Virus record (IMG/VR): IMGVR_UViG_3300044510_000078
From: a virus
Direction: 5' to 3' (one strand)
DNA: 64,000 nucleotides
In this document: in pieces, positions 1 through 10,185 of the stretch
Layout: every line of letters starts with the position of its first letter
Position numbering within the stretch: the first letter of the stretch is position 1
Translations under genes and position numbers: made by a program
Notes under the pieces: generated by a model
Told to the model about the DNA's origin: nothing
Databases searched by the model: none
The model's input: the letters and a program-made list of their open reading frames with translations, nothing else

Positions 1-935
1 TTATGAGCTTCTTTTTCAGATTCATATTGCTTGGAAGCTTCCTTAATTTGTTCGGCAAGGAATTCTGTTATAGCGGACGCGTTGATTTGTTTTAAAGTCT
101 CGTCGGTAATATCTTGAACTTTAGTGATTTTCATATCTCGTCTGTTTTGATTTACATTAAAATCTTGGGATTGTGAAATATTTTTTTGAGGTAATTGTGT
201 ATTTTGAGAAGAAATTCCCTTCACCTCTGCGGCGGGAGATTCTGTTAGACCTATACCCAAAGGCAGCACTTCTCCGACTGGTTGACGATAAACTTTTTGA
301 CCATTTATCTCTCCAGAGCCTCCAAATGATTTTAAATGTTTAGATATTTCGTCACAATCTCCAAGTAGGGGAACGCAATCCTCCAAGTTCTTAGAGGAAG
401 AGCCTGCGCTTGTGCTTACAATTTTAAAATCATCAAAACCAAGCTCCCAACTCGCGGAAATTGACTGAAAACTCTCATTAGCTGGGTCTGTAGAATCTTC
501 TATTTTCGTCACCACGTCAGGATTTACAATTCTCCATAAAACACCGCCCAAAGTGATATTAAAGGGCTTCTTTGAATCTTTAATATCTTCAGCTTTAAGA
601 GGTAAATCGGAACCAAATTCACTAAAACCGACATTCAAGATAACACCAATAACATTTTTTCTATTATGTTCTATGTTAATTGGTTTATTCACAAAATAGT
701 TTGCTATTGAAAGGGCTGTCTCAGTGTCAATTACGTCTCCATTTTTATTTATACGATTGACTACAAAGGCGTTAAATGCAATTGGCAATAAATCATAATT
801 TTTTGACACATCAACGTCTGGAATAAAATTAGCAACATCAAGGAATGATGCCATAGCTAAGTATTTATCTTTTTCTTCTGAAACCAATGGTCTAAGTAAA
901 GAGCTGAACGAAATTTTAAATCTAAAATCTTTCAT
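1..935 (-). CDS. Putative prohead/maturation protease-scaffold protein (runs off the window, 3' incomplete)
   Basis: Read manually: ATG at 935 opens a frame (ends inspected) that runs off base 1: MKDFRFKISFSS...NRINKNGDVIDTETALSIANYFVNKPINIEHNRKNVIGVI..., with a charged helical end. The NxNGD...KPINxEH pattern and the position in the head cluster fit phage prohead proteases. Absent from the ORF track because no stop lies in the window. Confidence 0.6.
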   Translation of the reverse strand, partial: MKDFRFKISFSSLLRPLVSEEKDKYLAMASFLDVANFIPDVDVSKNYDLLPIAFNAFVVNRINKNGDVIDTETALSIANYFVNKPINIEHNRKNVIGVILNVGFSEFGSDLPLKAEDIKDSKKPFNITLGGVLWRIVNPDVVTKIEDSTDPANESFQSISASWELGFDDFKIVSTSAGSSSKNLEDCVPLLGDCDEISKHLKSFGGSGEINGQKVYRQPVGEVLPLGIGLTESPAAEVKGISSQNTQLPQKNISQSQDFNVNQNRRDMKITKVQDITDETLKQINASAITEFLAEQIKEASKQYESEKEAH

Positions 936-943
936 ATATTATA

Positions 944-1459
944 TTATATTAACGAATCAAGCCTTGCTAAAATTTGCTTTTTTAATTCTTGTTCGTCATC
1001 AAGATAAAGGTTTAGAAAAGTTTTACAACTATTATCTAATTTAAAAGCAACAATATCTCTTTTAGCAGAAGCAAAGTCTTCGTCTAAGATTTGGAGCCTC
1101 ATTTCTGAGAGGGGTAATGAAGTTTTGTTCAGTCTTTTGGCAATACCAGTTAGATTATTTTCTATAGCTTTTAGATAAGAGTTTAGGTATGCCAATGAAT
1201 ACTCTAACAATGGAATAGTAGAATTTACTTCATTTTTCCAAAGCTCTTCCGCACGAATTAAAAGAGATTTTAATTGAGCAAGACTGACCCTTTTATTGTT
1301 TTCAGAATTATGGGATTTAACCTTTGCGTCCAAGCAAGCGACAATTTTAGAAGATAATGATATTGCCGAACATTGACATTTATCTTTTAAAGTAGAACAA
1401 TTCACACACAGGTCAATCTGTGACGCCTTTGTATATTCAAATTCAAAAAGATTGTTCAT
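944..1459 (-). CDS. Hypothetical protein (171 aa)
   Basis: ORF in operon orientation, with a GTGTAA motif 13 nt upstream of ATG. Confidence 0.7.
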   Translation of the reverse strand: MNNLFEFEYTKASQIDLCVNCSTLKDKCQCSAISLSSKIVACLDAKVKSHNSENNKRVSLAQLKSLLIRAEELWKNEVNSTIPLLEYSLAYLNSYLKAIENNLTGIAKRLNKTSLPLSEMRLQILDEDFASAKRDIVAFKLDNSCKTFLNLYLDDEQELKKQILARLDSLI

Positions 1460-1500
1460 GGCTCATTAAATATTACACGCAAATAATATAAAAAATACGA

Positions 1501-4224
1501 CTAATTAATGAAAACGAACTCATTCCCCAACAACAGGGTTTGCGAGTATTTTGTCCAAGCATTTAGTTTATTTTTAAAATCTTTTAAAGGCTCATTTACG
1601 AATGCTGTTCCTAACTTAATTTCTAATTCTGCTGGTAAGCGTTGATAGACGATTTTATATAGATAAATTATTTTTTCCTTATCTGTCTTGAGAGCTTCAA
1701 AATCTTTTGAGCTTGTGATTGCTACGGAACTTTGGATAACCAAATCTCCGTTCATTAAAAACAGCGCTTGTTTAGGAACTATCGTGCTAAAACGTTTTCC
1801 AGTTGGCATTTCTGGGGTTGCCATATCAAAAGTTGTAAAAAGGTCAGGTAAACGGCCCCTATCTATCAAACCATAAACGCTTCTTTTATACACGTCTGGA
1901 CGCATCAAATCTACTGATTGTCCGCCGCCAACGAAGTCTAGCCTTCTACTAACCATCAATAAAGAGTCCCTCATTGATTCAAAATCCAATCTAATCATAT
2001 TCATTTTCCAATACAGGGAATTTTCTTGGTCTTGAATTGCGTATTTTGTATTGTTTTTTGATGATTGTTGATAAGTGCTAGACATTACTATAAGTTTGTG
2101 AACATATTTCGTTGACCAGCCGTGCTTGATAAAGTCATTAGCTAACCAATTTAATAGATTCAAATGTTTAGGCTTTTCAGATTGAGTTCCAAAATCGTCA
2201 GGAGAATTGACAAGTCCCACCCCGAAATGATGTTGCCATAATCTGTTTACATAGACCCTCGAAGTTAATGGATTTTTTGGGTCTGCTATTGATTTTGCCA
2301 ACTCTAATCTACCGCTGCCATTTGTATAAATATTATTTGTCGGAGAAAGGACTTCGAGAAAACGTCTTGGAACAATAGACCCACGAGAATTAGGGTCGCC
2401 CTTTATAAAAACTGGCGAATTTTGCGCCGTCGGCTTATCATAAATGGCCATTGCTCTAGGGGTAGCTGCTGGATGTGATAATTCGAGGGTGACTAATTTA
2501 CCTTTTTCTCTTCTTAAATCATTGTCATATCTCATTGTCTGATTATTGTCAGACAGAAAACGAGCAAAATTTTCTCTTGTAAATTCAAGGGGTCCACTAT
2601 TCTCAAAAATTATTTCATAAAATTTCTTTTCTTCGGAGTCGGAACTTTTTTGATAGCGTTTTTGAGAATCTAAAACCGCAGCTTGATACCCATTGCATAC
2701 TTCTAAAAGAGTATTGGCATTTTTTGTATATCTAAAAATATATGAATGAATTGTTTTTTCATTTTCTTCTATGTATTTTTTGAATTCAACTCTAAAGTCA
2801 TTCGTTATTTTAATAGCTTTAAGATATGGAGAATAAATTGACGCCTCAATTTCTTGTTTTTTCGTTGTCCTCATGGCGTCAGTCCATTTTTTAATCATTC
2901 GAGGATTTAGGGAATTAGTTCTTATAAAATCTTGCTTTCCGTCTTGCTTTACTAAATCTAGCAAATAGTTGCCGTATAACCATTTTGAGGTATTGGTTAT
3001 GAAACTTAAAAATGCCTCATTATATCTTTTGGTGATAAAATCTTCAACTTCTTTTTCTATTTTTGATTTTTGGGCTACATAGTCTGGAAATAGATTTGGG
3101 AATCTGCTTTCTGAAATTATTGGTTTTTCTTCAGGAATTGTGCAACTGTTTAATATGCCATGCAGCGCATAGTAATCTTTAATAGTGATAGCGTCAAATT
3201 TATGGTCGTGGCATCTGGCGCAAACAACAGTTGAGCCAAGAAAACCCTTTGTGATTACATCAATTCTATCATCTATAACATCATTATTGTTGTTGGAATT
3301 TTTTCCCAGAGTCAAGAATCCAAGCGCCGCCAAAGATTTTTTGTCATTTGGTTTATATAAATCGGCAGCAAGTTGTTCTATAACAAATTCATTAAATGGT
3401 TTATCCTCATTAAAAGAAGAAATTACATAATCTCTATAAGTATAAGAATAAGTATATCTTCCTTCGGTGTTTGCTCTAATTGAACCAGAGGTGTCTGCAT
3501 ACCTAGCGACATCTAACCAATGTCTCGCCCATCTTTCTCCATAAAGAGGAGATTTTAGTAGTTCATCAACAAGATTTTCGTAAGCCTTTGGAGATTTGTT
3601 TTTAACAAAAGATTCCACTTCTTCATAAGTCGGAGGAATGCCTAACAAATCAAAATATAATCTTCTAATCAAAACTTCTTTGGGGGCCGATAAAGAGGGT
3701 CGCAGATTCTTCTCTTCTAGTTCTTTTAGTATAAAATTATCAATAGGGTTACTAATCCATCTGGATGACTTTACTTTTGGAATTTGCGCGTCTGGAACCG
3801 GTTGATATGCCCAGTGATTTTTCCTGTCTTCAACGACTGAAAAGATTAAATTCGTGCCGCTTCTTGGGTCTGGAGCGCCATTCTTAATCCATTTCTCAAA
3901 ATCAGCTAAAACATAATCTGGAAGCTTTTCATTTGGAGGCATCTGCAAAGAATTATCCTTATAAGATAAAGCTTTTAAAATTAAAGATTTACTCAAATCA
4001 TTCGGGACTATGGCTGGGCCAGTATCGCCGCCCTTAATCAAACCATCCTTTGTATCTAATAAAAGCCCACCTTTTATTTTTTCAGCAGTTTTGCTGTGGC
4101 AGCGATAGCAATTAGAAGATAAAATTGGTCTAATTTTTTGCTCGAAAAAAGAATAATCTTCTTTCTGAGCGCCGAACAAATTAATACTTAAAAAGATTAA
4201 AAATGTAAATATCCATCTTGCCAT
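1501..4224 (-). CDS. Planctomycete-type cytochrome c (PSCyt1) + DUF1549 + DUF1553 protein
   Basis: N-terminal signal peptide, CxxCH motifs (CYRCH, CARCHDH), NPIDNFI, LIRRLYFDLLGIPPT, GERWARHWLDVARYADT, NPLTSRVYVNRLWQHHFGVGLV. Start moved to MARWIF at 4224, 1 nt after the DUF1501 stop. Confidence 0.9.
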   Translation of the reverse strand: MARWIFTFLIFLSINLFGAQKEDYSFFEQKIRPILSSNCYRCHSKTAEKIKGGLLLDTKDGLIKGGDTGPAIVPNDLSKSLILKALSYKDNSLQMPPNEKLPDYVLADFEKWIKNGAPDPRSGTNLIFSVVEDRKNHWAYQPVPDAQIPKVKSSRWISNPIDNFILKELEEKNLRPSLSAPKEVLIRRLYFDLLGIPPTYEEVESFVKNKSPKAYENLVDELLKSPLYGERWARHWLDVARYADTSGSIRANTEGRYTYSYTYRDYVISSFNEDKPFNEFVIEQLAADLYKPNDKKSLAALGFLTLGKNSNNNNDVIDDRIDVITKGFLGSTVVCARCHDHKFDAITIKDYYALHGILNSCTIPEEKPIISESRFPNLFPDYVAQKSKIEKEVEDFITKRYNEAFLSFITNTSKWLYGNYLLDLVKQDGKQDFIRTNSLNPRMIKKWTDAMRTTKKQEIEASIYSPYLKAIKITNDFRVEFKKYIEENEKTIHSYIFRYTKNANTLLEVCNGYQAAVLDSQKRYQKSSDSEEKKFYEIIFENSGPLEFTRENFARFLSDNNQTMRYDNDLRREKGKLVTLELSHPAATPRAMAIYDKPTAQNSPVFIKGDPNSRGSIVPRRFLEVLSPTNNIYTNGSGRLELAKSIADPKNPLTSRVYVNRLWQHHFGVGLVNSPDDFGTQSEKPKHLNLLNWLANDFIKHGWSTKYVHKLIVMSSTYQQSSKNNTKYAIQDQENSLYWKMNMIRLDFESMRDSLLMVSRRLDFVGGGQSVDLMRPDVYKRSVYGLIDRGRLPDLFTTFDMATPEMPTGKRFSTIVPKQALFLMNGDLVIQSSVAITSSKDFEALKTDKEKIIYLYKIVYQRLPAELEIKLGTAFVNEPLKDFKNKLNAWTKYSQTLLLGNEFVFIN

Positions 4225-4225
4225 A

Positions 4226-5617
4226 TTATGCGATGATGTCTTTGACAACATTGCCGTGAACGTCTGTTAGACGGAATTCGCGGCCATTGTAATTATATAC
4301 AAGTTGAGTATGGTCAAATCCAAGTAGCGCTAATATTGTAGCGTGCAAGTCGTGAACGTGGACTTTATTTTTTACAATTTTAGCTCCAAAATCGTCAGTT
4401 TGTCCATAGACAGTTCCCCCCTTTATTCCTCCACCAATTAAAACAGAGCTAAAAGCCTGACTCCAGTGGCCTCTTCCAAATCCATCTTTCCCACCCTGAC
4501 CATCTCTTTGAGGAGTTCTTCCAAATTCGCCACTCATAACAATAAGAGTGCTATCAAGTAGTCCTTTTTCTTTTAAGTCTGCAAGAAGAGCGGCAATTGG
4601 CTTATCAACCTGATTCGCCGCGCTTCTTAAAGAGCGAGAAAGTCCATCGTGCGTGTCCCATCCACCCGTGAACACTTGAACAAATCTTACGCCTCTTTCT
4701 ACAAGCCTTCTTGCTAGCAGCATTTGCTTGCCTTGAGCCGTGTCTCCAAATTTTTCTCTTGTTTCTTTTGACTCTTTTGAAATATCAAAGGCGTCGGTCG
4801 CTTCAGACTGCATCCTAAATGCGACTTCAAAAGATTCTAGTCTTGCTTCCAAATCGGCCTCTTTTTGTAGGTTTTGGCCATGAATAGTATTTAGTTTTTG
4901 CAGCAAATCTAATTGCTTTCTTTGTTCTTCGATGGAAACATATTGAGATTTAATATTTTCAATCATTTTATCTACAGAATTCAAAGTCGTATTTACCGAA
5001 GTTCCTTGATAAACGCCCGGTAAGAAAGCTGAACCAAAATTTTGCGTGCCTCCAAGCGGAATCCCCCCCGGCCTTAAAGAAACAAAGGCTGGCATATTTT
5101 GATTAATTCCGCCTAATCCATAACAAACCCATGCGCCCAAACTTGGTCTTACGAATCTGGCTGACCCAGTATTCATAATCAATGTTGCTAATTCATGGGC
5201 TGGAATATCGGTGTTCATTGACCTAATAACAACAGCATCATCAATAAATTTACCAATATTTTCAAAAACTTCACTAACTTCAATGCCACTTTTACCCATC
5301 TTATTAAACTTGAATGGAGAACCACAAGCCAAGCCATTCATTCCAGAACCAAGTTGTGAACCGTCAAGTTTTATGAGTTCTGGTTTATTATCCCAAGTAT
5401 CAATATGAGATTGTCCGCCTCCGAAAAAGATATGAATAACCCTCTTGGCTTTGGCAGGAAAATGTGAAGATTTTGGTGAAAGTCCGTCGGCCTGAGCAAG
5501 AAGCGGTGCAAGACCCAACATTCCCATTCCCATACCCATTGTTTGCAAAAATTCCCGGCGAGTTTTTAGAAAGTCTTTTGCAGATAATTCGTTTTGGTTG
5601 CAAAATAATTGTTTCAT
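4226..5617 (-). CDS. DUF1501 family protein with Tat-type signal
   Basis: TRREFL twin-arginine motif, AKRVIHIFFGGGQSHIDTWDNKP, LLARRLVERGVRFVQV, GWDTH, SGEFGRTP, GRGHW, VHDLHATILALLG, RLTDVHG. Start moved to MKQLF at 5617. Confidence 0.92.
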   Translation of the reverse strand: MKQLFCNQNELSAKDFLKTRREFLQTMGMGMGMLGLAPLLAQADGLSPKSSHFPAKAKRVIHIFFGGGQSHIDTWDNKPELIKLDGSQLGSGMNGLACGSPFKFNKMGKSGIEVSEVFENIGKFIDDAVVIRSMNTDIPAHELATLIMNTGSARFVRPSLGAWVCYGLGGINQNMPAFVSLRPGGIPLGGTQNFGSAFLPGVYQGTSVNTTLNSVDKMIENIKSQYVSIEEQRKQLDLLQKLNTIHGQNLQKEADLEARLESFEVAFRMQSEATDAFDISKESKETREKFGDTAQGKQMLLARRLVERGVRFVQVFTGGWDTHDGLSRSLRSAANQVDKPIAALLADLKEKGLLDSTLIVMSGEFGRTPQRDGQGGKDGFGRGHWSQAFSSVLIGGGIKGGTVYGQTDDFGAKIVKNKVHVHDLHATILALLGFDHTQLVYNYNGREFRLTDVHGNVVKDIIA

Positions 5618-5630
5618 ATCTTTAAAGATG

Positions 5631-6092
5631 TTACACTCCATTCAAGAAGACAAGTTCTGTGTCTTCGACGATTGGTTGAGAAATCTCAAATAAGTTATTT
5701 ACTGCATCCACATCTCCAACCGGAGTTTCTCTCATCACAAAATCTGCCCCAATACCTGATGAACCAGACGAACCGCTGGTTCCAGACGTTCCATCTACTC
5801 CACTGGTTCCCGAACTGCCACTTGAACCAGACGAACCGCTAGAACCTGATGAGCCACTTGAACCAGACGAACCGCTGGTTCCGTTTATGCCACTTGTCCC
5901 ATTTACTCCAGATGAACCACTAGACCCAGAGGTTGAATCTGACCCATTAATTTTATTTGCAAGCTCAAAAATAGTTACTTTTTTATTTTTTTGGCCAGAA
6001 TTGGCAGAAACATCAACAATTGGTATCAAATCTGTATCCGCCATCTCAGACGCAGAGATACTTAGAGATTTGCTTATCTTTAGACCTTGCAT
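5631..6092 (-). CDS. Ser/Gly-repeat virion-type protein, possibly C-terminally truncated
   Basis: GSSGSSG/GTSG repeats followed by RETPVGDVDAVNNLF...VFLNGV and a stop. Confidence 0.65.
   Translation of the reverse strand: MQGLKISKSLSISASEMADTDLIPIVDVSANSGQKNKKVTIFELANKINGSDSTSGSSGSSGVNGTSGINGTSGSSGSSGSSGSSGSSGSSGSSGTSGVDGTSGTSGSSGSSGIGADFVMRETPVGDVDAVNNLFEISQPIVEDTELVFLNGV
5755..5945 (-). repeat. Coding Gly-Ser-Ser/Gly-Thr-Ser tandem repeat (9-bp period)
   Basis: Repeated gaaccagacgaaccgct/gagccactt units. Confidence 0.85.
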
Positions 6093-6111
6093 AATATGTA
6101 AATTCTAATAA

Positions 6112-7458
6112 TTAGTTACACCCAGAAACATCAGAAGGACAATCCGAAGACCAAATCATTTTGAATGTCATTGTCAAGTTGTCAAATAGGTCAACATAAG
6201 GATATTGCCCAGTAATCGAGCCAGTATTATATGTATATGCTCCCGTATTAATAGAAGGCAAAAGCTCCCTTGCTTGTGTGGCAAACAGCATATCAACCAA
6301 AGGATAATAGCTGTTAAGTCCTTGGTTGTAAGCCAAAACTAAAGATTTGAGTCTCTGAGGAAGCCCTTCTGCATCTACAAAGTTATTTTGAACACTGTTC
6401 CAACTAACTTCTCTTACCAGAGAGCGAGTTCTTCCAGTAACAACAAAACTTAAAGGGGTTATTGTAATATTTTCAGCTTCATGTTCAAAAACTTCTGTAT
6501 TCGTTTCTTGCCGAAAATCGTCCTGATTTGGAATTGGAACAAAATCTTTGCGAATATTAAGAATGGACTGTTCTACAGCAGAATTATCCTGAGAAAATAA
6601 ATCGTAATGATAAGTGCAGATACCACTTCCAAATGGCTTGGCTCCAACCCCGTTATAGTATGGCTTAAATTGGGATGTAAGAATTTTCCCGCCCGAAAAG
6701 CTATTCACTAAAAATTGATAGCCGTCGGTTGATAAATAACAAACAAGCTTATCCTTTGTTGTAGATGGTTCCATCGGAGCCCCATATGGTTCTGGAATAA
6801 AACTTTCTCCATCCTCTTCTTCAGCGCCACCAACGAACATATCTTCTCCAACAATTAATTTAAGACCATGATGGACTTGAGAATATCTTCCAGACAACTT
6901 TCCCCATAAACGACAGGTAGAAGGGTCTTGATTTACTTGACTTGCATCTATAACGTTTGCGAAGTGTCTTATTCCAGTTGGAACAGTAATACCCAAACGA
7001 TAAGATATAACAGAATAGTCTCCAGATGGGATTATAAAAGATTTCAATATCCTAGAAAAAGCATATTTACTATTCGTTCCAGAAGTATCTGGGGAAACCA
7101 TAAGCTCTTCAATATCTAAAGGCTCAGTTAAATAGCTTACATCTGGAACTCTCCAACCTCTGAAAAGCCTTAACCCGCTTGTTAACTCATTGTATCCACA
7201 AGCGCCTCCAACATAATTATTTAAATAAGAATATTCTGGATATGGATATTCAAGTCCAGTTGTGTATAAAGTATTTTGTCCAGTTCCACTTCCAATGGAC
7301 AAAAACTTAAAAGTATCAGCAAATCCAGTGCTATAAATGTAACTAAGTCCGGTTGAAGTTATGAAATTATCAAAAAAATCCGTAGTTGAGACTAATTCAT
7401 CTTTAGAATTAAATACATCAATTTTAAATTGCCCGCGAAGTTTTATGTCTAGTGCCAT
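6112..7458 (-). CDS. Putative virion structural protein (448 aa), paralog of 7470-10130
   Basis: Shares GxFKxDxF...TTDxFxNFITxTGL N-terminus, KYAFSR, ISYxL and IWSxxC...GC C-terminus with its neighbour. Confidence 0.7.
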   Translation of the reverse strand: MALDIKLRGQFKIDVFNSKDELVSTTDFFDNFITSTGLSYIYSTGFADTFKFLSIGSGTGQNTLYTTGLEYPYPEYSYLNNYVGGACGYNELTSGLRLFRGWRVPDVSYLTEPLDIEELMVSPDTSGTNSKYAFSRILKSFIIPSGDYSVISYRLGITVPTGIRHFANVIDASQVNQDPSTCRLWGKLSGRYSQVHHGLKLIVGEDMFVGGAEEEDGESFIPEPYGAPMEPSTTKDKLVCYLSTDGYQFLVNSFSGGKILTSQFKPYYNGVGAKPFGSGICTYHYDLFSQDNSAVEQSILNIRKDFVPIPNQDDFRQETNTEVFEHEAENITITPLSFVVTGRTRSLVREVSWNSVQNNFVDAEGLPQRLKSLVLAYNQGLNSYYPLVDMLFATQARELLPSINTGAYTYNTGSITGQYPYVDLFDNLTMTFKMIWSSDCPSDVSGCN

Positions 7459-7469
7459 AGCTCATTTTA

Positions 7470-10130
7470 TTAAGGGTCTATACAACCCGCTACTCCTCCA
7501 CAATTTGCGGACCAAATTAAATCCATATACATTTCCAATGTGTTATCAAAACTTAAAGCTGGATACGTTCCTCCGAAATTGACCGGATAATTTTCTCCAA
7601 TTTGAGGATAACCATGATTAGGTAACAAACGAAATGCCTCTGTATGTAGTAATACTCCAGTAGGAGCAAGGAAGTCGGTCATTTCAACAACGCCCGTCAA
7701 ATAAGAATGTGCGTGCCAATTATATCCACCGGCTTGTGCTCCAGACATATATGTTAAATATAGAGGTAATCCAGTTCCATAAGAACCAGAAAAGAAAACT
7801 CCAAATTTTTCTCCAGAAGAAGTATTAAATCCAAGACCAGATAATCTTTCCGTTACATTAGCGAACAAACTATTTGCTCTAACGACATTGCAAGAGGTTT
7901 CGTTTAAACCACTAATATATGTAACATTTAATAATCCAGTGTTTACTGTAAATGGATAATATGTAGTTGGAAATCCACTCGTAATAGTAACTCCTTCTAT
8001 AAGGCCATTAAATCCAGTTAAAGGATAAATATATCCAGAAATTTTTCCGCTAACAAAAATGTCAGCAGAGATTTCGTTAATAAAATTATCTTCATTTAAG
8101 TTTTCTGAAGCGTCTTTTGTTCCTGTATATTTTTTATTTGTTAGAAAATACCCATCATAAATTATTGGAGAACTATTTCCAGTAAAAGCAAGCGGAGAAT
8201 CTACAGTATTTAAAAACCAATCAAGACCAGTTGGTAACAAAGTTCCAGACGCTATTGGAGAAAATATAATGTTATTGACCATCTGCCTGCTTGTTGTAAA
8301 ATACAAAGCCGGGTCCGAAATAACTCCAATACCAGTTTTTAAATACTTTAGACCGCTTACACAAAATCCTAATTGTATTTTATCCCTAGTTGTTGGCCAA
8401 TATAAAGCTCCAGACGGAGATGGAGGAGTATTGGCTGTCAAAGAATGGTCAACTATACCATATTCTATTCCGCTAAATTGTTTGTGTCCATAAACTGCGC
8501 CCCAACCATTTGAATATCCAGTAAAAGCCGTTCCAGTAGAACCATATACACCGCTATTTAGATTAACGCCACTACTAAAAGCCCCATAAGCAGGATTTCC
8601 AGAAAAGAGAATATGGTCAAACGCGCCAGAATAAGGCCCATTTACAAATCTGGCCGCAAACTCTCCAGAACCAACGGGAGAAGACGTAAAATATCCATCT
8701 ATGATTCCTGTTCCACGCTCAGTTAAATAAACGGCATTTACATTTCTATAATGCTGCATCAAAGCCCGACCAGAATTGTCATAAAGAAGACAATCTATCA
8801 TTGGCCAATAAGAGTTTCCGTTTTTAAAAGCAAAAACGAAAGAGCCAAATCGAGAATTTTTGCCTAAATTATTTACTGGAGGGAAAAATAATTTTCTCGT
8901 TAAGGTTTTCTTTCTTCCCGTAGTAAGAGAACCATAATTAAAAGGTAAATTAATTGTTAGAGACGACATGACTCTTCTATTGCCCAAATCTATAACTGAA
9001 TCATCTATACCTGTTGCTCCCGGCGTAGCGATAGAAATTGGCGTTGCCCTAGTTAGGTAATCATAAACGGTATTGTTATAATTAATTCCAGCGACAGACT
9101 GGGCATAATTAGACGTTTTAGGAACTGCAACGCCATTTAGTCTTATATCAACTTTTAATGCATTTGGGTCTGCATCATCAGGAATATCAGATGGTGTTAA
9201 ATTAAAGTTATTATAAAATTCAGCTTCAGAGAGTCCGGCGCTTTGTCTTAGATTATGTCCAACGGACAGTTGATAAAGTCCATCAGCCGCGTATGCTTTA
9301 GTAATATTATTTTGAAGTCCCCCAGTTTTAGAAACATCAAATTGACTGTTATCTGGAGAAAAATACATCTTAATCAACGACAAATCTCTTTTACCGGGCT
9401 CCATTCCGTCTCCGTATTTAGGAACAAACGTGGCCCCATCAATATCTACGCATCTTAATCCGTGATAAACTTGTCTATAATATCCAGATAAATTTTCCCA
9501 TTCTTTAACAATCGAAAGGTCATTTTCAACATTTGCGTTTCCAGTAATAAACGTTCCAGAAGTAAAATGAGTTATGCCAGTGTTTAGAAGTTTAATTTGT
9601 AGCTGATAAGAAATAATCGAACGAGTGTTAGCAGGAATAGTCACCGATTTAACGACTCTGCTAAAAGCGTATTTCCCACTTGGGTCTGTGCCAGAGCTAG
9701 GAGATACCATAAATTCATTGATATTTACTGCCGCTGTTGTTAACGCCCCACCACTAGGGATATTCCATCCTCTATACATGATTGGGCCGCTACGAGAAAC
9801 AATCGTTCCACAAGCCCCATCTACGCTGCCATGATATGAATTTTTATTTAAATAGCGTCCATCTTGGACAGATGGAGAGCCGTTTGTTTGAATTGTTGTA
9901 ATTGGAGAAACTAACCCAGTTGTATTTAATGTATTAGCTGAAGAGGAACTCCCAACCGAAAGAAAGCGAAAACAATCAGCAAATCCATAAGTTAATGGAT
10001 ACAAAAGTCCCGTTTGCGTGATAAAATTGGAAAAATAATCAGTTGTTTCCAACAACTTCCCATCCTTGTCGAAAATATCTACCTTAAAAGCTCCTTCGAG
10101 CCCATATTCCAATTGCGTTCGCATATCCAT
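7470..10130 (-). CDS. Putative virion structural protein (886 aa) with Ser/Gly-rich insertions
   Basis: Paralogous termini to 6112-7458; GTGTAA 9 nt upstream of ATG. Confidence 0.7.
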   Translation of the reverse strand: MDMRTQLEYGLEGAFKVDIFDKDGKLLETTDYFSNFITQTGLLYPLTYGFADCFRFLSVGSSSSANTLNTTGLVSPITTIQTNGSPSVQDGRYLNKNSYHGSVDGACGTIVSRSGPIMYRGWNIPSGGALTTAAVNINEFMVSPSSGTDPSGKYAFSRVVKSVTIPANTRSIISYQLQIKLLNTGITHFTSGTFITGNANVENDLSIVKEWENLSGYYRQVYHGLRCVDIDGATFVPKYGDGMEPGKRDLSLIKMYFSPDNSQFDVSKTGGLQNNITKAYAADGLYQLSVGHNLRQSAGLSEAEFYNNFNLTPSDIPDDADPNALKVDIRLNGVAVPKTSNYAQSVAGINYNNTVYDYLTRATPISIATPGATGIDDSVIDLGNRRVMSSLTINLPFNYGSLTTGRKKTLTRKLFFPPVNNLGKNSRFGSFVFAFKNGNSYWPMIDCLLYDNSGRALMQHYRNVNAVYLTERGTGIIDGYFTSSPVGSGEFAARFVNGPYSGAFDHILFSGNPAYGAFSSGVNLNSGVYGSTGTAFTGYSNGWGAVYGHKQFSGIEYGIVDHSLTANTPPSPSGALYWPTTRDKIQLGFCVSGLKYLKTGIGVISDPALYFTTSRQMVNNIIFSPIASGTLLPTGLDWFLNTVDSPLAFTGNSSPIIYDGYFLTNKKYTGTKDASENLNEDNFINEISADIFVSGKISGYIYPLTGFNGLIEGVTITSGFPTTYYPFTVNTGLLNVTYISGLNETSCNVVRANSLFANVTERLSGLGFNTSSGEKFGVFFSGSYGTGLPLYLTYMSGAQAGGYNWHAHSYLTGVVEMTDFLAPTGVLLHTEAFRLLPNHGYPQIGENYPVNFGGTYPALSFDNTLEMYMDLIWSANCGGVAGCIDP

Positions 10131-10185
10131 ATATTTTATTTACACCTAATTTTATTACAGTTTCTTTTGGGTTTTTAAGAGATAA

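Noticed and set aside
1501-5641. Window as a bacterial chromosome segment rather than a phage
   Set aside because: TerL, portal, protease-like and fibre genes, dense small ORFs and a tRNA array dominate, with no housekeeping genes. A chimeric join is not fully excluded and is listed as a test.
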